From positions 6,269 through 70,268 of the forward strand of contig JAJDHH010000003.1 of NCBI GenBank assembly GCA_030266105.1: a stretch of DNA of 64,000 nt, written 5' to 3'. The DNA comes from Eubacteriales bacterium OttesenSCG-928-K08 (GTDB lineage: Bacteria > Bacillota > Clostridia > Christensenellales > CAG-138). Shown here in pieces: positions 28,837 to 38,000 of the stretch (positions are counted from its first letter, which is position 1; every line of letters begins with the position of its first letter). The position numbers and the translations under genes are program-made. The notes beneath the pieces are model-generated. The model was not told the origin of the DNA, searched no databases, and saw only the letters and a program-made list of their open reading frames with translations.

Positions 28837-28866
28837 AAAAAGCCGCCCTCTTAGGGCGGCTTTTTG
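28837..28866 (+). terminator. Intrinsic terminator
   Basis: AAAAAGCCGCCCT-CTT-AGGGCGGCTTTTT. Confidence 0.8.
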
Positions 28867-28964
28867 TTGCGGATCAGCATTATAAGCCGATAATCATATG
28901 CTTTGGTTGACAGGGACGAGCGAAAATGCTAGCATCAAATAGAAAAAACAAGGAGGGTATTCTA

Positions 28965-29348
28965 ATGTCAAAAACAATTATAGCAGCAAGCAACGCGCCC
29001 GCGGCTTTGGGCCCCTACAACCACGCGATTGAAGCAAACGGCTTTGTGTTTACATCCGGTCAGCTGGGTGTTGATCCTGCAACAGGGGCGCTCGCCGATT
29101 CTGCGGAGGATCAGGCACGCCTGGCGTTCAAAAACATCGTAAACATATTGGAAGCTGCTGGCTGCACGCTTAAAGATGTGGTCAAATGCACTGTTTTTTT
29201 GACAGATTTGAATGATTTTGCAGCGGTCAACGCAATTTATGCTGAAGCCTTTGGTTCGGATTTCCCTGCACGCTCCTGCTTCGAGGTTTCAAAGCTGCCC
29301 GCCGGCGCAAAGGTAGAAATTGAGAGCATTGCCGCAAAACCCCAATAA
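28965..29348 (+). CDS. ridA: RidA family enamine/imine deaminase
   Basis: APAALGPY, SGQL, VKCTVFL, FPARS, LP.GAKVEIE. Confidence 0.93.
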   Translation: MSKTIIAASNAPAALGPYNHAIEANGFVFTSGQLGVDPATGALADSAEDQARLAFKNIVNILEAAGCTLKDVVKCTVFLTDLNDFAAVNAIYAEAFGSDFPARSCFEVSKLPAGAKVEIESIAAKPQ

Positions 29349-29483
29349 AAGAGCGCCGGAAGATTTTTATTGCAAATTTAAGAAAAATTCACGAAATAAT
29401 GTCTGAATGATGCTATAATGTGTATAGATTATTCGCATTAACAGCAATGCCGCAAATACCGATAAAGGATTTTTGCTTTATTT

Positions 29484-31337
29484 ATGGTTCAAAAGAAAAA
29501 AGGTCGCGATGTCAAAACTCATATCGTTAAGCGCAATGTGGAAGAAAAAACACAAAAGCGCTCTTCACGCAGCCGCGTGTTTTCACGGGCTGCAAAGGTA
29601 AAGTCACGCGCGTTTTTTTCGAGGTTGGGCCGCAAAATACGTGCGCTTATGGCACGAATACGCAAGTTCCTTAGCATGTTTTTAGCGCAGCTGAAAAAAG
29701 GCTCGGCGTCAGCGATTGTGGCGCTTGCGGTGGTTGTTATCTTAGTGGTCGGTGTTCCTTTAACGATTGTCCTGTCCTCAGCTCAAAAGGAAAAACAAAA
29801 TACTGCCCCAGTCGTGATTGCGGCGCAGGGTGGCGTGGAGTTGGATGCGCCGTTGCTTGTGGGCTTGCCGGTTTCGGATACGGGGGTTGGCGCGGAAATT
29901 ACACCTACGCCATTGCCCACCCCAACGCCTGAACCGCACCCCAACAAGGGGGATGTGCTCTCCCGCGGAATAAGCGCGGAGGTTGTTGCTGAAATTCAAG
30001 AACGATTGATGGATCTGGGATACATGGATCCTGATGAACCGACCACCTATTTTGGGCCGATCACAAAGGATTCGGTAATGCTGTTCCAACGCAAAAACGG
30101 CCTTAAGGAAGACGGTTACGTTGGGCAGGCAACCTACGAGCTTTTGATGTCGGACGAAGCGAAGGTTTATGTTGTTTCATCGGGAGATAGCGGCTCGGAT
30201 GTTGAGAGCCTGCAGGTGCGCTTGCGCGAGCTTGGTTATATCGATAAAGCAACCGGCAACTTTGGCGATGAAACCGAAGCGGCAGTCAAACAGTTCCAAG
30301 AGCGTAACGGCCTTTATGCCGATGGCAAAGTGGGCGAGATGACCCGTGAAATGCTCTATAGCGAGGATGCTAAGGCTCAATACTTTGAAAAAGGCGTTGA
30401 AAACGAGAAGATACGCTCCTACCAAAAGCGCTTAACAAAGCTCGGTTATTATGCTGGCGATGCGGATGGCAAGTTTGGCAAGGGAACTGAAGAAGCGGTC
30501 AAGCTTTTTCAGGATAGCCACGGTTTGATTGCAGATGGTTACATTGGCCCGCAGACAGTTTCGCTGCTGATGTCTAACGATGCTCAGGCGTACGCAATTC
30601 AGTTTGGCATGAGCGGCAAAAACGTTGAAGCCGTGCAGCAACGCCTTAAAGAGCTTGGTTACCTTAGCGGAAGCAGTTCTGTTGATGGCCGCTTTATGAG
30701 CGGCACTGAAGCGGCTGTGCGCGCCTTCCAGGAGCGCAACAGCATGACTGTGGATGGTAAGGTTGGCAAAAATACACTTGCCGCACTTAACTCTTCCAGC
30801 GCGAAAAAGGCAAGCTCAGGCAGCAGCTCGTCGGGTAGCTCAGGCAGTTCATCGGGTAACTCGGGCAGCTCAGGCAGTTCCGGTAGCTCGGGCAGTTCAG
30901 GCAGCTCTGGAAGTTCGTCAGGCTCCGGCAGCTCATCAGGTTCAGGCGGTTCATCCGTCAGCAGCGGAGCAAGCCTGGAAGCCTTCATCTCGGTGGCAAA
31001 ATCCAAGCTGGGCAGCAAATACGTTAAAGCAGGCAAGGGTCCCAACACATTCGATTGTTCTGGCTTTGTGTATTGGTGCCTCAATCAGGCGGGGGTAAAG
31101 CAGGCATACATGACCTCCAGCGCATGGCAAAAAACCACAAAGTATCAGCGCATATCCAGCATGAACAGCTTGCAGCGCGGGGATGTGGTGAGCTTCAAGG
31201 GCCACGTGGGAATATACCTTGGCGGCGGTCAAATGATCGATGCTTCCTCAGGTGAAGGAAAGGTTCGCATTTGCAGCAACATCCAAGGCAGCTCCTATTG
31301 GAAAAAGCACTTTGTTTGCGGATACAGGATATTCTAG
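29484..31337 (+). CDS. Membrane-anchored cell-wall endopeptidase: 4 PG-binding_1 domains, Ser/Gly linker and NlpC/P60 domain
   Basis: Basic N-tail plus TM; four Q.RL..LGY...AV..FQ..NGL..DG.VG units; FDCSGFV, GHVGIY. Confidence 0.92.
   Translation: MVQKKKGRDVKTHIVKRNVEEKTQKRSSRSRVFSRAAKVKSRAFFSRLGRKIRALMARIRKFLSMFLAQLKKGSASAIVALAVVVILVVGVPLTIVLSSAQKEKQNTAPVVIAAQGGVELDAPLLVGLPVSDTGVGAEITPTPLPTPTPEPHPNKGDVLSRGISAEVVAEIQERLMDLGYMDPDEPTTYFGPITKDSVMLFQRKNGLKEDGYVGQATYELLMSDEAKVYVVSSGDSGSDVESLQVRLRELGYIDKATGNFGDETEAAVKQFQERNGLYADGKVGEMTREMLYSEDAKAQYFEKGVENEKIRSYQKRLTKLGYYAGDADGKFGKGTEEAVKLFQDSHGLIADGYIGPQTVSLLMSNDAQAYAIQFGMSGKNVEAVQQRLKELGYLSGSSSVDGRFMSGTEAAVRAFQERNSMTVDGKVGKNTLAALNSSSAKKASSGSSSSGSSGSSSGNSGSSGSSGSSGSSGSSGSSSGSGSSSGSGGSSVSSGASLEAFISVAKSKLGSKYVKAGKGPNTFDCSGFVYWCLNQAGVKQAYMTSSAWQKTTKYQRISSMNSLQRGDVVSFKGHVGIYLGGGQMIDASSGEGKVRICSNIQGSSYWKKHFVCGYRIF
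30813..30962 (+). repeat. Degenerate 9-bp coding tandem repeat (SGS)n
   Basis: Variants of TCAGGCAGC/TCGGGCAGC/TCCGGTAGC in tandem. Confidence 0.75.
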
Positions 31338-31361
31338 TAAACAATTATGGGATTACACAAA

Positions 31362-31397
31362 ACAGCGCCGCTTGCGTTTATAACGCAAGCGGCGCTT
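31362..31397. terminator. Hairpin between convergent genes
   Basis: AGCGCCGCTTGCGTT-TAT-AACGCAAGCGGCGCT. Confidence 0.7.
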
Positions 31398-31422
31398 TGC
31401 AGTTAATCGGTGGTTCGTTTTT

Positions 31423-31911
31423 TTACGCTTCAGGCGCGGTTTCAAAAAAACCGGGGTTGATTACAAATCCATATAACAGGAAGGCGGCCATCAACACAAC
31501 CAGCGTTATGATCATTGCGATCCTCAGTTTGGGCATCTTTCTCGCGAACTGCCGCTCGGCCGTGTTAGGTATGATGAGCGCAATCACGACGGCTATAATA
31601 AGCCCCATTGATGAGCCTGAGCTTTTGTTGAGCAATGTCAGGCTAAGCCCTGCGAGCAGCCCCAACAGCGCGCCAGCGGCAATTTGCAGCTGCAGCCATT
31701 TTTTTTCAGGGATTTCCGCGATCTTTTTTTGCAGCGGCGTTGGTTCCGGTTCGGGTTCTTCTTCCGCCGGCTCCTCGGCTTCTTGTTTTTGCGTTATGAC
31801 TTCATCAGGGAATTTCCCATAATAATCGCCAATATCATCCAGGCTGGGGAACTTTTCAAGTTGATCATCCGATTGAATTTCGTTCATGCTTTCCTTATCG
31901 TTCTTTTTCAA
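31423..31911 (-). CDS. Hypothetical membrane protein (acidic N-terminus, 3 TM)
   Basis: GGAGG RBS; Glu/Pro-rich N-terminus followed by hydrophobic helices. Confidence 0.75.
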   Translation of the reverse strand: MKKNDKESMNEIQSDDQLEKFPSLDDIGDYYGKFPDEVITQKQEAEEPAEEEPEPEPTPLQKKIAEIPEKKWLQLQIAAGALLGLLAGLSLTLLNKSSGSSMGLIIAVVIALIIPNTAERQFARKMPKLRIAMIITLVVLMAAFLLYGFVINPGFFETAPEA

Positions 31912-32089
31912 AGGATTTATCCTCCATTGTGTCTATTCATTTTCGCCGTTGGCCCTGTGGCCGCGGATTATGTTTGATTATCGCATACCTAAACAAACGC
32001 TGCAAACAAAAGTTTTGCCACTTTAGTTCGAGCTTCCCCATATTGCCCTGCTTTTGCTCCTTTTCCCACAGTTGTGCCTGTTAAAACGG

Positions 32090-32118
32090 TTTACAAAGCG
32101 CAGCTTCGCTGATACAAT
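32090..32118 (+). promoter_or_regulatory. sigmaA promoter of the EF-G-like gene
   Basis: TTTACA-17-TACAAT with TG extension. Confidence 0.65.
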
Positions 32119-32236
32119 AGTATAGAAAATGGACGCGCATACACGCTGGGGCCGCATTCATGCTGCTTCACGCTTCATGGGCTACTTTGCGGATGTGCGT
32201 TTTTTGCCGCAAATTAATCAGGAGGAAACAGCACGA

Positions 32237-34309
32237 ATGAAAGAATATACCGCGGACAAAATTCGGAATATCGGCATTTTTGGGCATGGTGGCGAGGGTA
32301 AAACGACACTTACCGAAGCAATGCTTTATAACGCCGGGTTGCTGGATCGAATGGGCAAGGTGGAGGACGGCAGCACAACCACCGACTACGACCCCGAAGA
32401 AAACAAGCGCATGATTTCTATTGGCGCTGCGATTGCCCCATTTGAGTGGAACGGCACGAAGGTAAACATAATCGATGCACCTGGGTTTTTCGATTTTTAT
32501 GGCGAAGTTGTCGAAGCGATGACGCTTGCTGATTCCGCTTTGATTGTTGTTGGCGCCGTTTCCGGCCCCGTTGTTGGCGTGGAAAAGGCCATGAACATGT
32601 GCAAAAGCACATCAAAGCCCCGCATGATGGTAATTAACCAGATGGATCGTGAGAACGCCAATTTTATGAAAACTTACGATGCCATTAAGGATAAGTTTGG
32701 CGCAAATTGTGTGGCGATACAGCTGCCAATAATCGAAGGTGGCGCATTTAAGGGTTATGTTGATATTCTTTCCATGAAAGCCAAGCTTTTTGATGGCAAG
32801 GGCGTAAAGGATGCGGATATCCCGGGCGCGCTGCAGGCAGATGCTGAGGCACTTCGTGAAGCGCTCATAGAAGCTGCGGCCGAAAGCGACGAAGCGCTCA
32901 TGGAAAAATACTTTGAGGGTGAAGAGCTTACGCAGGAAGAGGTCATCAACGGCCTTCGCACAAGTGTGTTCGAAGGTGGTGCGACACCTGTGGCCTGCTG
33001 TGCGGCTCAGCCAAACATTGGCGTGATTACACTGGTGGATACACTCTTGCACTTTATGCCCACTGCGGATCAGGCTGCGGCACGTAAGGCAACAGATGCC
33101 AAGAGCGGCAAAGAAGCTGAAGTTAAGCGGGATGGTAAGTTTGCAGCGCAGGTTATTAAAACCGTTGCCGACCCCTTCGTTGGAAAGATTTCTATTCTTA
33201 AAGTTTATTCGGGCGTTTTGAATTCAGAATTCTCTTGCTACAATCCAAATTCGGAAAAATCAGAAAAACCGGGCACGATATACATCATGCGCGGCAAAAA
33301 GCTCATCAATGTGGATAAGCTGCACGCTGGCGATATTGGCGCAATGGCGAAGCTTCAGTTTACTGGCACGGGCGATACGCTTTGTGATTCCTCCGCACCA
33401 GTAATATTCGAGCCGATCGAATTCCCGCAGCCGTGCATCAGCCTTGCGGTAACAGCAAAAAAACAGGGTGAAGAGGATAAGGTCATCGCGGGCTTGAACC
33501 GCCTGCGTGAGGAAGACCCCACCATGTCGCTGGAAAAGAACGCGGAAACAGGAGATGTGCTCATAAGCGGCCTTGGCGAAATGCACCTGGATGTTATGTG
33601 CGCCAAGCTTAAAAACAAATTTAATGTTGAAGCGCAGCTTGTCGAGCCACGCGTACCTTACCGCGAAACCATTCGTGCGACTGCCGAGGCTGAAGGTAAG
33701 CATAAAAAGCAAACGGGCGGCAGCGGCCAGTTTGGCGTGGTGCAGATGCGATTCGAGCCTCTTGCAGAGGGCGATTTTGAGTTTGTGAACGCCATAGTGG
33801 GCGGCGTTGTGCCCAAAGAATACATTCCTGCGGTTGAAAAAGGCACACGTGAAGCACTGGTTCGTGGCGTGCTTGCAGGATATCCGATGGTTGGCGTAAA
33901 AGCAACCCTGTTTGATGGAAAGTATCACCCTGTGGATTCTAAGGAAGTTGCCTTTAAGTCGGCGGCGCGCCTTGCTTACAAGGCGGCCTGCGCAAAGGCC
34001 AGCCCTGCGTTGATCGAACCAATCTATCGCGTTGAGGTGCTTGTGCCCGATGAATACATGGGTGATGTTATTGGCGATATGAACCGCCGCCGTGGCCGCG
34101 TAATCGGCATGAACCCGGCGGAGGGTGGCCAGGAGGTTGTGGCTGAAGCGCCGCTTGCCGAAGTGTTTAAGTATGCTACCGACCTTCGCGCAATGACTCA
34201 GGCGCGTGGCTCCTTCAAAATGGAGTTTGTTCGTTACGAGGATGTGCCGCAAAACATCGCACAGAAGGTAATCGAGCAGGCCAAGCGCGAAGAGGAAGAG
34301 GACGAATAA
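32237..34309 (+). CDS. Elongation factor G paralogue (EF-G2/FusA2 type)
   Basis: Full EF-G domain order (GEMHL, YRETI, HPVDS, YATDLRAMTQARG), divergent G motifs GHGGEGKTT/DAPGF/NQMD; not in the str operon. Confidence 0.9.
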   Translation: MKEYTADKIRNIGIFGHGGEGKTTLTEAMLYNAGLLDRMGKVEDGSTTTDYDPEENKRMISIGAAIAPFEWNGTKVNIIDAPGFFDFYGEVVEAMTLADSALIVVGAVSGPVVGVEKAMNMCKSTSKPRMMVINQMDRENANFMKTYDAIKDKFGANCVAIQLPIIEGGAFKGYVDILSMKAKLFDGKGVKDADIPGALQADAEALREALIEAAAESDEALMEKYFEGEELTQEEVINGLRTSVFEGGATPVACCAAQPNIGVITLVDTLLHFMPTADQAAARKATDAKSGKEAEVKRDGKFAAQVIKTVADPFVGKISILKVYSGVLNSEFSCYNPNSEKSEKPGTIYIMRGKKLINVDKLHAGDIGAMAKLQFTGTGDTLCDSSAPVIFEPIEFPQPCISLAVTAKKQGEEDKVIAGLNRLREEDPTMSLEKNAETGDVLISGLGEMHLDVMCAKLKNKFNVEAQLVEPRVPYRETIRATAEAEGKHKKQTGGSGQFGVVQMRFEPLAEGDFEFVNAIVGGVVPKEYIPAVEKGTREALVRGVLAGYPMVGVKATLFDGKYHPVDSKEVAFKSAARLAYKAACAKASPALIEPIYRVEVLVPDEYMGDVIGDMNRRRGRVIGMNPAEGGQEVVAEAPLAEVFKYATDLRAMTQARGSFKMEFVRYEDVPQNIAQKVIEQAKREEEEDE

Positions 34310-34336
34310 GCCCCAACACAAAACTTGCACAAAACG

Positions 34337-34366
34337 AAAACCGGCGGAATGTTCCGCCGGTTTTGC
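34337..34366. terminator. Bidirectional terminator
   Basis: AAAACCGGCGGAA-TG-TTCCGCCGGTTTT. Confidence 0.8.
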
Positions 34367-34374
34367 TATGGTTT

Positions 34375-35232
34375 TTATTTTTTCTTCACAGGAATCCAAA
34401 TCTCACTGTAATAGTTCTTATCCTGCACGCCATTGGCGAACTTAGCAGGGTCATCGTACATTTCGATGCAGTAACCCGCAGCAATTTCATAATCCTTGCT
34501 GTTTGGCAGCCATTCGGAGTAAATTTTCTTGTTAACATCCTGCATCACCTGCGGCATTTCGCCCTTGCAGGAAAACACCGCCCATGTGAACTTGGGGATT
34601 TGCTTTGTGACAAAACCAAGGGGTATGTCCATCGCTGCGTTGTAGTTGTCGGCTATGAGATACTCAAATTCGTTGCCCTGCATGGACTCATCAGAGTTGA
34701 TGCCGTACATCGGGCAAATAGAGCCCCTTTCCGGCATTTGCTGAAACTCACTCCACAGCATAGGCACTTGTTGCGCGGCATTTTCATACTTAAATGTTCT
34801 CTGCAAGCCGATGACGGTAAAAGCATCTTTTTCTACAATCCTGTAATCCATTGAATAACCACCTTCTAAAATGAATTTGACGGAAAGCGGAGCAAAGGAT
34901 TTAATGCCTGCCCCATCCTTCCTGACAGCAGTTGGCGTGCAGCCGTGAAAACGGGTGAATGCTTTTGTGAAGCTATCCGGCGAATCATAACCATATTTGA
35001 GGGCGATGTCGATGATTTTTTCATCCGATGCTGCAAGCTCGCTTCCGGCAAGTGCCAGCCTGCGGCAGCGGATATAATCACTTACAGTAAAATCACACAG
35101 CAATGCAAAACCTTTCTGAAAATAGAAAGGTGAAATATGCACCTGCCTTGCAATATCTTCGATGGTAAGCTCCTGTGCGATATTTTCCTCGATATAGCTT
35201 ATAGCGTCACTGATACATTCCGTCCACCTCAC
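34375..35232 (-). CDS. AraC family regulator with C-terminal GyrI-like effector domain
   Basis: YIEEN, SPFYFQKGF, YIRCRRL, IALKYGYDSPDSFTKAF; IYSEWLP...SEIWIPV; GTG start after AGGAGG. Confidence 0.92.
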   Translation of the reverse strand: MRWTECISDAISYIEENIAQELTIEDIARQVHISPFYFQKGFALLCDFTVSDYIRCRRLALAGSELAASDEKIIDIALKYGYDSPDSFTKAFTRFHGCTPTAVRKDGAGIKSFAPLSVKFILEGGYSMDYRIVEKDAFTVIGLQRTFKYENAAQQVPMLWSEFQQMPERGSICPMYGINSDESMQGNEFEYLIADNYNAAMDIPLGFVTKQIPKFTWAVFSCKGEMPQVMQDVNKKIYSEWLPNSKDYEIAAGYCIEMYDDPAKFANGVQDKNYYSEIWIPVKKK

Positions 35233-35351
35233 GTTTGCCACCTCCTTACTATGTGGTTTGATTGTAGTGGGTTTGAAGCATTTTTCCCCGATTTTTTATG
35301 CAAAGATTTGTCCGCCCTGTTATTATTGCTCTTTAATAAACTCCCGCAAAA

Positions 35352-36002
35352 TCATTTTTTGTCTATGTTCTGTGCTTGTTTAATCGGATGCCGAAGCACC
35401 GTTTTGAGCTTATCCGGCGCGGTCTTTCGAGCATCGCTCAGGTAAATTTCATGATGGAGTCGTTTATCGTTGATGTCCAGCTCATAGCCCATGGCGCTCA
35501 TGTGCTCGTGCATCAGCGCAACAGTCGCAGGCTCGTCATCATAAGCGCCTATGTGCATACATTGAACGCAAAGGCCCTCATGGTAAGTGAAAAACTCAAC
35601 AGCGGAGAAGTCCGTTTTCTTTTTCCTTGTGGCCTCGGCGGCTGCCCATTCAAAATCGGCCTTTGTTACAAAATCCGGCAGGCGGATGACCGAAATAAAC
35701 TGAAAATCCTCCTTGCGGGTATAGTCAACGCCACGAATGCCATCCTGCCACCAAAAGCCCTCAAGAGGCGGCACGACATAGTCAAAATAACCGTCAATCT
35801 GGTGGTCGCCCTTTTTGCTCATTTTGATGGTAAAAGCAATGCCATAGAGCAAGCCGATAGCTGGCTTGTATTCGCCGCCGTCGTCATTAGGGTCGCCCTT
35901 GCCGCGAACTGCAATATAGTTCATGGACGGCACATCCACAATGCCCGGTTTACTTTTAGGCAAATAGAACTCCTTGTATTCTTTTTTATAATCGAATGCC
36001 AT
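35352..36002 (-). CDS. Stand-alone GyrI-like protein of the lin2189/cyclopropane-hydrolase type
   Basis: DYKKEYKEFY.PK, GKGDPN, DYVVPPLEGFWW, EGLCVQCMHIG.YDDE, HHEIYLSD.RK. Confidence 0.85.
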   Translation of the reverse strand: MAFDYKKEYKEFYLPKSKPGIVDVPSMNYIAVRGKGDPNDDGGEYKPAIGLLYGIAFTIKMSKKGDHQIDGYFDYVVPPLEGFWWQDGIRGVDYTRKEDFQFISVIRLPDFVTKADFEWAAAEATRKKKTDFSAVEFFTYHEGLCVQCMHIGAYDDEPATVALMHEHMSAMGYELDINDKRLHHEIYLSDARKTAPDKLKTVLRHPIKQAQNIDKK

Positions 36003-36011
36003 ATTTACCTC

Positions 36012-36551
36012 TCAACTTAATGCTTTTATTTGCCGCTTTAGCTTTTTCATCGCCCAATCATAATGGCTGGAAGTTGCGCTAACGCAGTAGCTGCCAACAT
36101 TTGTTGTGCCACTCCATTTGAAGTGCTCCTTTTCGAACAGTTCGTCATTTGTGTAGCCTTCGATTATTGCGAGCGCATCCTTATGGCTTTGCAGCAACAT
36201 TTCCATTGCAGATTCCAGGCTTGTTTGCTGGGCTTTTTCCCAAAAGCCAATGTTCATGGCGCCATAGCTTTTCCAAGTGTAGGGAGCGGGCAGAAACGGA
36301 GTGGCCTCGTCACCGTTTTTATTGGCAGCGATCCAATTTATCAGTAGCTGGTGCCACTCGTAAAGATGAATGAGCACATCGCGCAGATTTTTGTCCCGCT
36401 TCCAGTGCGCTTCCTTATCCTTTTGAGTGATGGGAAAGCAAAAAGTGGCGTTTTGCTCCTCGGCGCTCATGCCGTCAATCATGTTGAGCAGCTTGTCGAA
36501 TTGCTCGTTTGCGGTAATTATCAGGTCGTTTTTTGTTTGGGGTCTTGGCAT
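36012..36551 (-). CDS. DUF1706 (ClbS/DfsB, DinB-like four-helix bundle) protein
   Basis: MPRPQTK, RDKNLRDVLIHLYEWH, Y.W..YG, SSHYDWA.KK. Confidence 0.85.
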   Translation of the reverse strand: MPRPQTKNDLIITANEQFDKLLNMIDGMSAEEQNATFCFPITQKDKEAHWKRDKNLRDVLIHLYEWHQLLINWIAANKNGDEATPFLPAPYTWKSYGAMNIGFWEKAQQTSLESAMEMLLQSHKDALAIIEGYTNDELFEKEHFKWSGTTNVGSYCVSATSSHYDWAMKKLKRQIKALS

Positions 36552-36561
36552 ATAGTCTACC

Positions 36562-36990
36562 TCATTTCTCTATTTTGCGTCGTATTTGAATTAGCCGTTT
36601 TACATCGTTGAGCGTTTGCTCATCCTTGACATTGATCATTAACCAGCGTGCGCCTGCAATGCCTCCGGAGGATCTCATTAAATCTTGAACCTGCCCGGTA
36701 AACGTGGGCATCATAAGCTCCGCTTCCGTTTGCTCCTTTGCGCCAACAACAACCAACGCAATAAAGAAGCCCTCCATTGGATAGAGTGTGCAGAGCGACT
36801 TGCCTGCTTTTTGGTATTTTACATTCCAGCCAGGCTGCCCGCTGCAAGCGCTGTAACAGTATTTTGGCTCGATACCATAGTTATCGCCAAGAAAAGAATT
36901 TATTTTTGACCATAGGGGGTTGGCAATAAAATCGGCTATTTGTTCCTTGGTTGGTTGCATATCGGCAGAGTATTTATCGGTCCAATTCAT
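36562..36990 (-). CDS. DUF3788 family protein
   Basis: YS.CS.QPGWNVKY.K.GKSLCTLYP.EG.F, RWLMI.V. Confidence 0.75.
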   Translation of the reverse strand: MNWTDKYSADMQPTKEQIADFIANPLWSKINSFLGDNYGIEPKYCYSACSGQPGWNVKYQKAGKSLCTLYPMEGFFIALVVVGAKEQTEAELMMPTFTGQVQDLMRSSGGIAGARWLMINVKDEQTLNDVKRLIQIRRKIEK

Positions 36991-37852
36991 CCAGCTTCCT
37001 CCTTAAATCCTTCGGTGAAATAACGCTCACATTATCGCCAAATGTCAGCAGATAGCGGCAAAGCCATTCGTCCACCGGCATGGCGGCAGAGACACACAGG
37101 CGACCATCATCGCCTTTTTCAATACAGCCCTCGTCAAACTCATCGTAAACCCGATATGCCACATGGGGCGCAAACTCCAGCATAATAGGCTCAAAAGAGG
37201 GCGGCGGGGCAGAAGGATTGATCGGCGGCGGAATGTAATCGCCCGCAAACTGCTTGCCGGTGTCACAAACCTCAAGCATACGGTTGGTTTTGAAGGTGCG
37301 GTAATCTGATCTTTCTGTGCAAAAGCCCTGCAAATACCACGCGCGGGATTTGAACACCAGCTTGAGCGGGTAAACGCTGCGATTGGTTTCCTCGCTATAG
37401 GAGCTGACATAGCGGAATGTAATTCTTTTTCTGCCGAGAATTGCGTTCTTGAGTATTTCAAATTTTTTCTTATCATGCGCGCTTGTTCCCCAGCGGGAAA
37501 AATCAACCTCTATCCACGCGGTATCCGGCTTTTTAAACAAGCTTTGCAGCTTGGAAAGCACCTGCGTGCCATCGGCATTTTGCGTGGCGGATTGACTTTG
37601 CAGGGCGAAAATAATCTGATTTTGTTCGGATTCTGTAAGCACGGTTTTATTCAGGATAAAACCGTCCATAATCGCAACGCCACCGCCCTTACCCTGCATC
37701 GTGTAAAGCGGAATGCCAGCGGCCGCCAGCGTGTCGACATCACGCAGGATGGTGCGCTTTGATACTTCGAAATGCGCGGCAAGCTCAGCGGCGGTCATCT
37801 TCTGCTTGTCCATAAGCAGATATATGATCCCAAACAGGCGATCTATTTGCAT
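36974..37852 (-). CDS. WYL domain (YafY-type) transcriptional regulator
   Basis: HTH_11 (TAAELAAHFEVSKRTILRD), WYL (R.VYP.KL......WYLQGFC..R.DYRTFK..R), WCX. Confidence 0.93.
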   Translation of the reverse strand: MQIDRLFGIIYLLMDKQKMTAAELAAHFEVSKRTILRDVDTLAAAGIPLYTMQGKGGGVAIMDGFILNKTVLTESEQNQIIFALQSQSATQNADGTQVLSKLQSLFKKPDTAWIEVDFSRWGTSAHDKKKFEILKNAILGRKRITFRYVSSYSEETNRSVYPLKLVFKSRAWYLQGFCTERSDYRTFKTNRMLEVCDTGKQFAGDYIPPPINPSAPPPSFEPIMLEFAPHVAYRVYDEFDEGCIEKGDDGRLCVSAAMPVDEWLCRYLLTFGDNVSVISPKDLRRKLDELDR

Positions 37853-37871
37853 CGGGCACCTCCGTGGCTTT

Positions 37872-37910
37872 AGTATAGCACATAAACATGACATCTGTAC
37901 GTCATGTTTA
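37872..37910 (-). promoter_or_regulatory. Extended -10 promoter with a perfect palindromic operator
   Basis: Minus strand TAAACATGAC-N8-GTCATGTTTA then TGcTATACT. Confidence 0.7.
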
Positions 37911-38000
37911 ATTTTTGTGTTTTAACACATGCTCGGATTATAAACAACTACCGGCGGCTGTGGTATAATGATGCTATTAAAACCCACAGAGGAGGCTTAC

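Noticed and set aside
32237-34309. Canonical fusA or TetM/TetO ribosome protection protein
   Set aside because: No rpsL-rpsG-tuf context; G motifs differ from both families; no YSPVST loop and no mobile-element context.
34375-37910. Mobile element or phage-defence island carrying the WYL gene
   Set aside because: No integrase, transposase, att repeats, nuclease or other defence effectors are visible.
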